A stretch of DNA of 60,116 bases. It comes from Nemertoderma westbladi (taxonomy: Eukaryota; Animalia; Xenacoelomorpha). Made by a program: the position numbers and the translations under genes. The stretch is from positions 1 to 60,116 of the forward strand of contig JAUCBJ010008849.1 of the NCBI GenBank assembly GCA_032718475.1, written 5' to 3'. This document shows positions 44,412 through 57,560 of the stretch, piece by piece; within the stretch, counting starts at the first letter, position 1; each line of letters opens with the position of its first letter. The notes beneath the pieces were generated by a model. That model had not been told where the DNA came from. It searched no databases and saw nothing but the letters and a program-made list of their open reading frames with translations.

Positions 44412-45367
44412 CTATAAAATACACAGAAAAGCTCTAGTATTGTGTAATGTAATGCTATGGTATTTTTTGGTAGTTTATTATACATAACTTTACCGTCTTT
44501 GTTGTTAAGTAAATCAACTACTACTAGTAGGTCGAGCGAGCTCGAAAATATATCTCCACATGCGGGCTGGTCACAACTCCTACAAGCATCTCTACAGTAG
44601 GCCGCTGTTGGTTTATTACCTTCAGTCGATCTTGCCTGCATGGATCGCCTTTAGTTGATAACCTTCCGCCTATGGGTGGCCTACAACCATGCTTCTGACT
44701 GTAAGGGTTCTTTTGTTACACCCTAAACCAAATGTGCCTCCTGGGTTAGGTTACCTAACACTGGTAGAGGAACATCCAGTATAGACAGAGGGGCATGCTT
44801 TACTATTCCATATATGGATAATCAATGTCTTCAAATATTTGTCTTCAATGGTGCCCTTGGCAATGTAGCCCTCGATGACTTAGACAGGGCTTATATACCC
44901 ATTCTGATCAACTAAATGTTTAATAGGTAACTGGTGCTGATTGAGCTGCCCTACTGGGCTGACAGCTACATGTAGTACCAACCACATTACTACCATAGCG
45001 GTAGCACGATCTGGGGACCCTGACCCGATATATGTAAATATTGACATGCATATATAAATAGATCAAAAATAATTTTAAATTAGCCCAAATGTAATATACC
45101 TGAATGGAACGATTCCTAAATGTTAGTTATTGTTACTATTTTTAAATGGTAATGTATATGATTTTCATAAAATAATCTATACCACAAATATAATACTACC
45201 GATAACAAAAAACCTTAGTCTATGTACTATGATTATGTGGAAGAAATGTAAGGTACAGCCACTAGGAACCAGAAAACACGGCTTCTAGGTATTTCCATGT
45301 GTTTCCTATTTTTAGTAGATACCTTTACCTTATTATTTACAGTTTTAAAACCTAAGATATCACTCAC

Positions 45368-45484
45368 ATCTGATTCCCGATAGTTTTTCCATAGATTCCC
45401 ATATGAAGAAGACATACTTCCACGCTTTTGTACAATGTTACCTTGTAATATAGATTTCGTTTCCTCTGTGAGAATAATATCGCC
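45368..45484 (-). CDS. Astacin exon (prodomain end and mature N-terminus)
   Basis: acacag|GDIILTEETKSILQGNIVQKRGSMSSSYGNLWKNYRESD|gtgagt; GDI prodomain motif, KR processing site, LW; 117 nt. Confidence 0.85.
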
Positions 45485-45599
45485 CTGTGTGGTGAAGAAT
45501 ACTAATCATTTTATTATGATATATAATAATTGGGAATTTTCAGATGAAGCTGGAGCATTCAAAAAATAGTTAACTCTAAGATAGGTTTTGTATTTAGGA

Positions 45600-48130
45600 G
45601 CTATAATAATATTAATATTAATTAATAAAAGAACATAAAAATAATAAATTAAGATAAAAAAATACAGGTCTATCAGAGGCTAACTGAGTAGCCCACACCA
45701 ACGACACGGCTAGTTTGATGTCTCTCCTGGGCTACAACTTGAACAAGGCGGCTATTTTCAGATTTTTTGACTCGATGAAACAATGACTCATGAGCATTGT
45801 ATCGGATATGGATGAGTTGGGGAAAATTAAGTACCCCACACATGTAAGAGACGCTACAGTCGTATTTGAAACCAAAAAGTCATCTGATTATATTATTGTA
45901 TCCTACACGGAACCTATCGTAAATGGATAAACTATAATTACATCTGGCCCAAAGGGAGTTACAGTAGATCTGCGTACAGTATGAACGGAACAGTTTGATT
46001 TTCACATCTTTACTACAGCCTGAGAATTTTCTTATTAAAAAATTACCTCTTCTATATAGACTCGATAATTTATTAAGTATATCGAAACTATCATCGGTTG
46101 TATTGTGAAAGATGTGACCTAGATATTTATATTTGTTTACTGTTTCTAAATATTTGCCATTAAGGAAGTACATAAATTTAGATTTTTTTATATTAATTAG
46201 AATGGAGTGTTTATCAGTGTAATCTACGTATGTTGAGATAAAATGTTTCATACCTTCTATGGAATTAGAGATTAATGAGAGGTCATCTGCATACGTTAAA
46301 TGATTACATCTTTTATTGCGCATTGGACATCCTACATTTGTACCTGTCAGGTTCGAACTCAAGTCATCTATATAGACGGCGTAAAAGTACCCTGAAAGAA
46401 TCCCCCCCTGTTTTGACCCATTTTTAACCCTAAAACTACTTGAGATACATCCCCCCCTGTTTTGACCCATTTGTAACCCTAAAACTACTTGAGATACATC
46501 CCCCCCTGTTTTGTCCCATTTTTAACCCTAAAACTACTTGAGATACATCCCCCCCAACTTATGTTTAAATTTTGGAATCTATACCAATAGCGTATTACTC
46601 TAACATATAATAACGGGATATTACGATCAGATAGTTTTGAAAAAAGTTTGTAGTGATTTACTAGGTCAAAGACCTTACTACTATCTATAAAGCACAGATA
46701 TATAGGACTATCATTTTCTAGGTAGTATTGTATAATTTCCTTCAGCGTAAATACACATAACTCTGTACCGGAATTACTTTTAAACCCAAATTGCGAATCG
46801 CTGGTAGAGAGTTTACTGCCGAACCTATCTAAGTATTGTAATTCTAGAATCGTACTGGCTATAGTAGATAAAGCTATACCTCTATAGTTATGTGTGATGT
46901 GATGACATCTACTGTGTGATGTCGTCATTATTATCCTTTACAATGGGGAGAATGTTGCATCGAATGAGGTCATCTGAAATATAGCCGTGCACATTAAAGG
47001 CACTGAAAACTGTAGCCAGGTGTGAAAATAGACAGGCGGTGCCATTAGTGTAGTGTTCACTAGTTAAACCTTCTGGGCCAACTTTATCGGCAGATAATCT
47101 ATTTATAGCAAACGCTATCTCAGTCTTTGTAACTAACATTTCATTAGTGAATGATATATTATTAAAAGATGATTCTATATTAAACTTATCAGAGTCTTTG
47201 TTGACCCTATTATAGAGTTCTGAAAATTTGTCCTGGAATAGATTGCAGATGTCCTTCTCTCCGACTGAACTACCAACTTTACTGGAAAGCAGTATATTAG
47301 AAGCGCAATGTTTTTTAACGTTGGACCAGAAATTACTTTGATTTGGGGAGTACAACGACTCTGCTAGTTTATTTGCACGCAGTCCTTTATTATTTCATTT
47401 ACACTGTTTCATTGCCCTTTTGAATTCAAGTTTTGCGTGGGCATATTCTTGGAAAATTGGACCTGCTCGGGGACACCCGTGCGTGCGCCAGATGCGGAAA
47501 AGTAATCTCGACTCGGAGTACTTTTTTTTTAATCGTTCCAGCCGGGAACATTCTTAGAGTTATTACTTTTACCGGGACTTTTCATTCTAGGGATAGTCCT
47601 ATCAGCTGAGGTTTTTATAGCACTCATAATATTATTGTAATTGCTGGGAATTACGGCATTCGCATATATCATTAGATAATAATACTTTACTTAATAAATT
47701 ATTTAGGACAGATTGATATTCAGAGATATTGGCACTAGAGGCTTTACCCCAATTGCACTTTCTGGCAGTGGGATTGGTATTATTGACATCTGGATTTAAA
47801 AAATAATTCGAATTATTAGGGTAAAAATTCAACACACAAATAAGGGGAAAGTGATCAGTCACACATAGGTCATAATTAATTTTTATTTCAGATAAAAAAG
47901 ATACAACACCACCAGAACAAGCTACGTGATCTAGCCATGAATGAGTATTATGGGCAGCACTAACAAATGTGAAAGAGTCTGGCGGCAAGTTATTAATATC
48001 TGAGACTGTCATATGAATATCTTTAGACCAGTTATCAATAAAAAGTAAAATAACGTGATTTAATGTCAGCGTTAAAATCGCCTAAAACAACGCAATGGGA
48101 GGTATTCTCACAATCCACAATGCTGCTATA
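45600..48130 (-). mobile_element. Decayed LINE ORF2 (same group as 13250-14575)
   Basis: VLGDFNA, SWLDHV, TDHFPL (APE); NYRGIAL, QFGFK, YADDL, RVGYNN (RT); many frameshifts; 49-bp triplication at 46402-46548. Confidence 0.9.
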
Positions 48131-48519
48131 GTGTATGATGTATAGAGTATAATGTGATGATAATGGGGCTATAAAAGGCTGGTACAGTCTTGTAAGTCCG
48201 GAACGTAATTTAGCACAACAGTTCAGCAATTTCATCAGTTACGAATACAGTCACTCAATAACTACATTCCTACTATAATTAACTGTACAGTGTACAGAAC
48301 TGAATGTATTTTCATACCTGTTATAGTTTTCATGACAGTCAGACATGAGTAGCAACAATTTGAATTTATTTTGGTAAAGTCTGATTTCACCAGTACATGT
48401 CATCCGAAATATGTATCGTGCTATATTGTTAGATGCAGATCACCTAACTGAATATTCATATTTTTTCTAAAAAAAGTTCGATGAATGGCTTTTGAAATAT
48501 TATCGAATTACTGGAATCA

Positions 48520-49620
48520 TACTTTGGGCGACCATATTTCCGGTACCGTAAGGCCTACTGAGTCGAAAATTTTTTGAATCTACTTAGCACACTCCAGTGA
48601 ATGTTTTTTAGTTTGAAAGTTTTGCCCCAAAATGCATAGAAGCAATTTCGAAAAAAGTGATATTTTCGCGATCATGAACTTTTGACCCCCTACAATTGAA
48701 CTTTTTTATGCCCAAATTTTGGCTACCCCCAAGGAATGAGTGAGGAATCTTTTTGTAATGTTAAGTTTTTCCATATGGTCAACTCAGAGGACTTTATCTT
48801 TAAAAAAAACCGAAAACACGATCTTTCCTGATCGCAGCCTGATCAAATTCCTTTTGGGAAATTTCGAAATATACAAAAGTTGCCCCTTCCCCATAGCTGT
48901 CGATTGATAAAAAAATCGGGGGTCTCATTGGTAGTTTTCGGATACTGTTGAAAAAACCGAAAAACACTATATTTTACGATCATGAAGCTGATCACGAGAA
49001 CTGGTTGGCCGATCGGCCAATTTTTTTTTAATCAATTCAGACTGGACCAGTAAACATTTCTTAAAATGGATGTTTATTAGAAAAATGATTAGAAACAATT
49101 AAAAAAAACGTATCTTTTTGCGTATCTTTTTTTTTATGTCCAAATTTTGGCTACCACCACCCACCCCCCTCCTCCTAAGTCGAGGGTGAGGAATCTTTTA
49201 GTAATGTTAAGTTTTTCCATACGGTGAACTCACAGGACTTGATCTTTGAAAAGACACCGAAAACAGGATCTTTCCTGATTGCGGCCTGATGAAATTCATT
49301 TTGGGAAATTTCGAGATATATAAAAGTTGCCCCTTCCCCATAGAAATCGATTGTAAAAAAAAATCAGGGGTCTCATTAGTAGTTTTCGAGTACTTTTGAA
49401 AAAACCGAAAAACATTATCTTTTATGAACAGGAAGCTGATCTCGAGAACCGGTTGTCCGATTGAGCCAATTTTTTTTAATCGACTCAGGGCGGTGCTCTG
49501 AACGTATCTTACAGTAATTGTTTAATCCCAAAGCTTAGTTATAATTTTACAATCGCAATCATTCTACAATCTTTGCGCAATCATGATCTTCTGTTTTGAT
49601 CAGGAAGACTTCATTTTTCC
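48520..49620. repeat. Non-coding repeat with ~430-bp internal duplication (likely DNA-transposon derivative)
   Basis: ~48705-49030 is similar to ~49130-49480. Confidence 0.55.
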
Positions 49621-51294
49621 TTTTGAAAAAAGTTGCTACTCCCACTAAATTGATGATTGCTTATTGTTCGTTTTCGCTTAGTTGCTGAGATCTTCTCTGC
49701 ACTGGACTGAATTTTTCCAAGATACTATAATTCCCTTTTCGAGAGACTAGTTCCATGGCCAGCCACGGGTTCAGTGTTCTTCGAACAAAGAATCTAATCG
49801 GTTGGGGCACATAACTTTTAGTAATGTATGAGCAATTGGGTATGGGTAGTAGATAAGTTATATTCAAAATTCCCTCTGCATTTTACAACTTCCAATATGA
49901 ATTGTTCATTTACATTAATTTATGGTCGATCATAAATTAATAAATGGTTGACCATAAATTAATAAATTGTCGACCATAAATAATTATTTAATTTTTTTTA
50001 ACTGGCACAATTCCACCACCATACCTTTCTCTACTTTCAATTAAAAGATAAAGCGCATTGTAGCCCATGGAGCCGTTCATGCATAAAATCAACTTTCTCA
50101 AATGCACTAGATCTATATTCTATATATCACTTGACTGTTGAAATTAGGCATTTCCAGCATTCGCAAAATGACAATAGTTAAAATATGTGTGATGTGTGAA
50201 AACTGCTTTATATAGAAGCTATTTTAAAATATTATGATTTATTTATATAGTTCATTTAGCCCCAGAATGCTAGTGTACCAGTATGTTTCGATATAGTTGT
50301 CAGTTGAAGGTTGAATCTCAAAATTACTTTTTCACCAGTGCCTATCATATGTGGCTACCTGTAGCCTGATGGTTACTGTGGGTGGTCATTAGGTGATTAT
50401 TGCTTTACTAGTTTGTATGACACGAGTGGTTGGCTCAGCTCCCGACGGATGTTATTGATTGATGTTAGAATTAGTTTTCTTAATACTTAAGGGTGTACAG
50501 ACGGCTGTTTGGGTCCAGGTTTTGGTCTAGGGAGTCAGGCAGACGAAAAGTCAATATAATTTCTTTGTTCTGATTTAATGTTACAATGGGCTGCTTATAT
50601 CACGCCATCTCCTTTCCCTCGGGCTATATTGGATTTTGGGCTTGCTGTAAGTGAGTTAATTAACTCAATTACTAGCCTGGTGTTTGTTCAGGCCAATATT
50701 GGTAAATTGGCCCCCATCCAACTTTGTAATGGGAGCGCATAGCAGATTAAATCCGCTAACAGTTTGGTAATCTTACTGTATATTATATATACCATATGCC
50801 CACTGCACTACTGAATTTGCTTCCTCGTTTTCCTTCTTGCCGTTTGTTTTAAATAGTAATTAAACTTCTGCCATATTGGAGGTTCAATTGCAGTATTTTG
50901 TACTTCAAAATATTTCAATTTTAAGAAAGATGTAACCTTGAACCCGGCACTTTTGGCAATATATATATATATTTCTTATTTTTTAATAACCCAATAGATT
51001 CGTATTCATATATTATTCGTATTTTGTATGATTTACCCTAAACTTGCCATGAAGTATTTATAACAAAAAATAATGATTTTTAATTTAATATTTTGATTAT
51101 TTGTCATTTTACTGCTCATTGTGGCAATCCTTTTGTCAAACTGCTGTCTGGTATTTTCATAGGCATGTATATTTAATACCATATAATTATTGTCCCACAT
51201 TAATGAGTCTGGTCTTAATTGAGTGATTCCTATATTCTGTACAGTAGCTAGTTAATAATATCTCCCTTAATTAGCCGATAGTACCAAATATAAC

Positions 51295-51461
51295 CTGGTA
51301 GAGAGGTTCTTCACCATCAGCAACACATTCACAAATAGGACAACCGTCAGCGTTTTCCTTCCAACCAAACTTACAATCCACTTTGCATTCAGCAGCTACA
51401 AATGTTGAGTTGTCACAGTTATGATTCACAACTGCTTCCAGTTGGTGATGTAATTGATTTT
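51295..51461 (-). CDS. Antistasin-like Cys-rich exon of the astacin gene, copy 1
   Basis: ctgcag|ENQL...CKVDCKFGWKENADGCPICEC..EPLYQ|gttat; LYQ+GDI rebuilds the prodomain motif in phase 0. Confidence 0.75.
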
Positions 51462-52616
51462 CTGCAGTGAAATAAAATATTTTGTTCAAACTCCACTTCA
51501 ATGACTTACTTAATTTACAATTTAAATTGAGAGGATGTCTTACTTAAATTTCAGTTGATACTAATATATAACTGGCACAAGAGAGCATTCCACAGGTAAA
51601 TGGTAGGTAACCAATATATAGTCAAACCACTGCGGGGAAATGACTTGAGGCAAAATTGCGATAGAGAACATAATATAGTGTTGTTAAGAATACCACACCA
51701 AGGTTCATGATATCCCAAGTAGACTATGCTGCAGCCATCAATATTATCACCTTATTTGAACCACTGGACAGAGATTACTGTACTAGATCATGCATTCCAG
51801 CATATTATCAATTGATAATATGCTGAGTATCAGAAAATCGTATATATAGTGTATAGGCAAAAGCACCCAACTAAATGTATCTAATGATGGAACCAAGAGT
51901 AGTCTTGTGAAGCCCATTTAAAATGTCTTGAGGTGTAAAGATTGGAAATGACAGGAGGGATCCCTGATTTAAACCTTTAAGATTCCAATAATATCTTCTG
52001 GTGTTTTCAAACTTCAAAAATATGGTGGTGCATTGAAATTAGAGTAATAAAGTTCATAAAATGTGTGGGTTCACTCAGTGTGGCAATAGTTTTACGAAAA
52101 GGGTAGTGTAATCAATATGACTCAATATCCATTTGGCATATGTATGTGAACCCCTTGATACATTGTACTAAATTGTTTTGAGGATTGCGGAAGTCACTGT
52201 ATCTGACCCATATTTATTTTTTGTAATCGGTTTTGGTCATATGCGAATTGCAGTCAGTGAGGTTGTTGGTTATTATGGTCTGCTCAGAGTACTATGCCAC
52301 AAATGATGTTCCCCATAATGAAATTTGATTCAATTAGGAGGTCTTTGTAATATTCTGCTTTGCCACCCCTGAAGGAAGTAAGTTGCATTGAACAATGAAC
52401 ATTTAACATATCAAAAGTGTCACTTGCTGCAAGATTAAGATTACATATCCAGATATTAAATAATTTACCTAGATCAAATGGATCATATCTATTAGTTCTT
52501 GGACCGTGAAGGTGTAGAGGACCCCCATTGGTAGCAGACAGTATAAGAGGAATTGAACAATCATTAAGGGTGAATCCATAGAGGTAAGATGATGGAAATC
52601 CTAAGAGCTTATGGAA

Positions 52617-53240
52617 TATGTATGTATGTATGTATGATCTTTATTAAGTCCAGGGCTATTAGCCCCCAGCCGCAAGCGACTTATTGGACTTCCATCAACA
52701 ATCCTTCAACTGCACTGCACAAACTGACCTGACTGACAACAATAAATAACAAGAGAAATACTTAATTAATAAGTGAAAACAAACCAATTTCTAGCAAAGC
52801 GAATAGTACAATCAATTCAAAAATATATTTTACACAAATTGAAAAATAACTAAATACCTCCATGTCCATATATTAATTAACCTAATTAATTAACAACTAG
52901 TAGGGCATCATTTCTTTTACTCCAAAGATTAAACACCTCCTTAGCTAACGATATTTGAGATTGTGCCATTAGTGTATTTAATTGATCTATGTCTGAAAGA
53001 GCACAAATCCGTAACAAATTATTTCTAGCACCATCAAGACTTTCACAGTGAAAAGGAAAATGGAATTCTGATTCAATAGGATTACTAACATTAACAGTAG
53101 CACTACAACACAGTTTACAAAAACGCTCCTCCGCAGGTGTTCCACTAAAACGTCCAGTTTCAATGGCTAATGGTAGAACCCCCAGTCTAAACTGTGCAAA
53201 GCGCAGTTTAGCATTGGTATAGGTATTGGTATTTAGCATA
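52617..53240 (-). mobile_element. LINE 3' end (RTE-X-like) with AATAAA and (TACA)n tail
   Basis: FRLGVLPLAIETGRF..EERFCKLC..ESEFHF..C motif. Confidence 0.8.
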
Positions 53241-55614
53241 GCTTAATTGATTAATAAGCATACCTACTGTAGAAACATGGATCGGATTCATATCAATGGG
53301 CGTAACCCCATAATTAATGTAATAAGCAATACGGGACGACGAGGCCGTATGAATCGCCGCGGACGCCGAGGACGTCAATACAACCCTTATGTTGTACTCT
53401 CAGACATCCGTGACGCTGTTGTACCCGACCCTGCTAGTCATTCCACTATTCCGCCTAGCCATTCCACCATTCAACCTAGCCATTCCACCATTCAACCTAG
53501 CCATTCCACCACTCCACCTAGTCATTCCACCATTCCAGCCACTGACGGCGCCATCAAAGAAGTTGGACGACGCCAAGGAGAACAAGAAACTCAAAACGCA
53601 GACATGGAAAAACAAAAACCGAGTGGGCCAAACAGCGCAGTACAATTTGATGTTCGAATGTTGACAGAGTTTTGGGAGAAGGAAGGCACCTAATGCGAAC
53701 TGCGAAATCATAAATCAGGGGTCTCATAGTAGTTTTCGAGTACTTTTGAAAAAACCGAAAAACATTATCTTTTATGAACAGGAAGCTGATCTCGAGAACC
53801 GGTTGTCCGATTGAGCCAATTTTTTTTAAATCGACTCAGGGCGGTGCTCTGAACGTATCTTACAGTAATTGTTTAATCCCAAAGCTTAGTTATAATTTTA
53901 CAATCGCAATCATTCTACAATCTTTGCGCAATCATGATCTTCTGTTTAGATCAGGAAGACTTCAATTTTCCTTTTCAAAAAAGTTGCTACTCCCACTAAA
54001 TTGATGATTGCTTATTGTTCGTTTTCGCTTAGTTGCTGAGATCTTCTCTGCACTGGACTGCATTTTTCCAAGATACTATAATTCCCTTTTCGAGAGACTA
54101 GGTTCCATGGCCAGCCACGGTTTCGGTGTTCTTCGAACAAAGAACCTAATCGGTTGGGGCCCATAACTTCTAGTAATGTATGAGCAATTGGGCATGGGTA
54201 GTAGATACTGTAAAGTTATATTCAAAATTCCCGCTGCATTTTACAACTTCCAATAATAATTGTTTATTTACATAAATTTATGGTCGACCATAAATTAATA
54301 AATGGTCGACCATAAATAATTATTTAATTTTTTTTAACTGGCACAATTCCACCACCATACATTTCTCTACTTTCAATTAAAAGATAAAGCGCATTGTAGC
54401 CCATGGAGCCGTTCATGCATAAAATCAACTTTCTAAAATGCACTAGATCTATATTATATATCTCACTTGACTGTTGAAATCAGGCATTTCCAGCATTCGC
54501 AAAATGACAATAGTTAAAATATGTGTGATCAGGAACTAAAACTGCTTTATATAGAAGCTATTTCAAAATATTATGATTTATTTATATAGTTCATTTAGCC
54601 CCAGAATGCTAGCGTACCAGTATGTTTCGATATAGTTGTCAGTTGAAGGTTGAATCTCAAAATTACTTTTTCACCAGTGCCTATTATATGCGGCTACATG
54701 TAGCCTGATGGTTACTGTGGGTGGTCATTGGGTGATTATTGCTTTACTAGTTTGAACGACATGAGTGGTTGGCTCAGCTCCCGACGGATGTTATTGATTG
54801 ATGTTAGAATTAGTTTTCTTAATACTTAAGGGTGTACAGACGGCTGTTTGGGTCCAGGTTTTGGTCTAGGGAGTCAGGCAGACGAAAAGTCAATATAATT
54901 TCTTTGTTCTGATTTAATGTTACAATGGGCTGCTTATATCACGCCATCTCCTTTCCCTCGGGCTATATTGGATTTTGGGCTTGCTGTAAGTGAGCCTGGT
55001 GTTTGTTCTGGCCAATATTGGTAAATTGGCCCCCATCCAACTTTGTAATGGGAGCGCATAGCAGATTAAACCCGCTAACAGTTTGGTAGTCTTACTGTAT
55101 ATTATATACCATATGCCCACTGCACTACTGAATTTCCTTCCTCGTTTTCCTTCTTGCCGTTTGTTTTAAATTGTAATTAAACTTCTGCCATATTGGAGGT
55201 TCAATTGCAGTATTTTGTACTTCAAAATATTTCAATTTTAAGTAAGATGTAACCTAGAACCCGGCACTTTTGGCAATATATATATATATATTTCTTATTT
55301 TTTAATAACCCCAATAGATTCGTATTCATATATTATTCGTAATTTGTATGATTTACCCTAAACTTGCCATGAAGTATTTATAACAAAAAATAATGATTTT
55401 TTATTTAATATTTTGATTATTTGTCATTTTACTGCTCATTGTGGCAATCCTTTTGTCAAACTGCTGTCTGGTATTTTCATAGGCATGTATATTTAATACC
55501 ATATAATTATTGTCCCACATTAATGAGTCTGGTCTTAATTGAGTGATTCCTATATTCTGTACAGTAGCTAGTTAATAATATCTCCCATAATTAGCCGATA
55601 GTACCAAAGATAAC

Positions 55615-55781
55615 CTGGTAGAGAGGTTCTTCACCATCAGCAACGCATTCACAAATAGGACAACCGTCAGCGTTTTCCTTCCAACCAAACTTACAATCCA
55701 CTTTGCATTCAGCAGCTACAAATGTTGAGTTGTCACAGTTATGATTCACAACTGCTTCCAGTTGGTGATGTAATTGATTTT
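55615..55781 (-). CDS. Antistasin-like exon, copy 2
   Basis: Same peptide as copy 1, one synonymous change, intact AG/GT. Confidence 0.6.
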
Positions 55782-56936
55782 CTGCAGTGAAATAAAATAT
55801 TTTGTTCAAACTCCACTTCAATGACTTACTTAATTTACAATTTAAATTGAGAGGATGTCTTACTTAAATTTCAGTAGATACTAATATATAACTGGCACAA
55901 GAGAGCATTCCACAGGTAAATGGTAGGTAACCAATATATAGTCAAACCACTGCGGGGAAATGACTTGAGGCAAAATTGCGATAGAGAACATAATATAGTG
56001 TTGTTAAGAATACCACACCAAGGTTCATGATATCCCAAGTAGACTATGCTGCAGCCATCAATATTATCACCTTATTTGAACCACTGGACAGAGATTACTG
56101 TACTAGATCATGCATTCCAGCATATTATCAATTGATAATATGCTGAGTATCAGAAAATCGTATATATAGTGTATAGGCAAAAGCACCCAACTAAATGTAT
56201 CTAATGATGGAACCAAGAGTAGTCTTGTGAAGCCCATTTAAAATGTCTTGAGGTGTAAAGATTGGAAATGACAGGAGGGATCCCTGATTTAAACCTTTAA
56301 GATTCCAATAATATCTTCTGGTGTTTTCAAACTTCAAAAATATGGTGGTGCATTGAAATTAGAGTAATAAAGTTCATAAAATGTGTGGGTTCACTCAGTG
56401 TGGCAATAGTTTTACGAAAAGGGTAGTGTAATCAATATGACTCAATATCCATTTGGCATATGTATGTGAACCCCTTGATACATTGTACTAAATTGTTTTG
56501 AGGATTGCGGAAGTCACTGTATCTGACCCATATTTATTTTTTGTAATCGGTTTTGGTCATATGCGAATTGCAGTCAGTGAGGTTGTTGGTTATTATGGTC
56601 TGCTCAGAGTACTATGCCACAAATGATGTTCCCCATAATGAAATTTGATTCAATTAGGAGGTCTTTGTAATATTCTGCTTTGCCACCCCTGAAGGAAGTA
56701 AGTTGCATTGAACAATGAACATTTAACATATCAAAAGTGTCACTTGCTGCAAGATTAAGATTACATATCCAGATATTAAATAATTTACCTAGATCAAATG
56801 GATCATATCTATTAGTTCTTGGACCGTGAAGGTGTAGAGGACCCCCATTGGTAGCAGACAGTATAAGAGGAATTGAACAATCATTAAGGGTGAATCCATA
56901 GAGGTAAGATGATGGAAATCCTAAGAGCTTATGGAA

Positions 56937-57560
56937 TATGTATGTATGTATGTATGATCTTTATTAAGTCCAGGGCTATTAGCCCCCAGCCGCAAGCGAC
57001 TTATTGGACTTCCATCAACAATCCTTCAACTGCACTGCACAAACTGACCTGACTGACAACAATAAATAACAAGAGAAATACTTAATTAATAAGTGAAAAC
57101 AAACCAATTTCTAGCAAAGCGAATAGTACAATCAATTCAAAAATATATTTTACACAAATTGAAAAATAACTAAATACCTCCATGTCCATATATTAATTAA
57201 CCTAATTAATTAACAACTAGTAGGGCATCATTTCTTTTACTCCAAAGATTAAACACCTCCTTAGCTAACGATATTTGAGATTGTGCCATTAGTGTATTTA
57301 ATTGATCTATGTCTGAAAGAGCACAAATCCGTAACAAATTATTTCTAGCACCATCAAGACTTTCACAGTGAAAAGGAAAATGGAATTCTGATTCAATAGG
57401 ATTACTAACATTAACAGTAGCACTACAACACAGTTTACAAAAACGCTCCTCCGCAGGTGTTCCACTAAAACGTCCAGTTTCAATGGCTAATGGTAGAACC
57501 CCCAGTCTAAACTGTGCAAAGCGCAGTTTAGCATTGGTATAGGTATTGGTATTTAGCATA
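56937..57560 (-). mobile_element. LINE 3' end, duplicated copy
   Basis: Same sequence as 52617-53240. Confidence 0.8.

Noticed and set aside
44830-44849. 19/20 match to the spliced astacin exon junction (retrocopy?)
   Set aside because: Short, AT-rich and not extendable
45090-45270. VAVPYIS and GIVPF as the astacin VPY exon
   Set aside because: Splice phases do not fit or a stop follows; HYLIPY at 44411 fits exactly
52469-52600. Open 132-nt AG/GT-bounded candidate exon
   Set aside because: No recognisable homology; cannot be supported without RNA data
2510-54215. Scattered TACWGTA heptamers as Tc1/mariner excision footprints
   Set aside because: About a dozen expected by chance at this AT content and many lie in tandem repeats; enrichment not established
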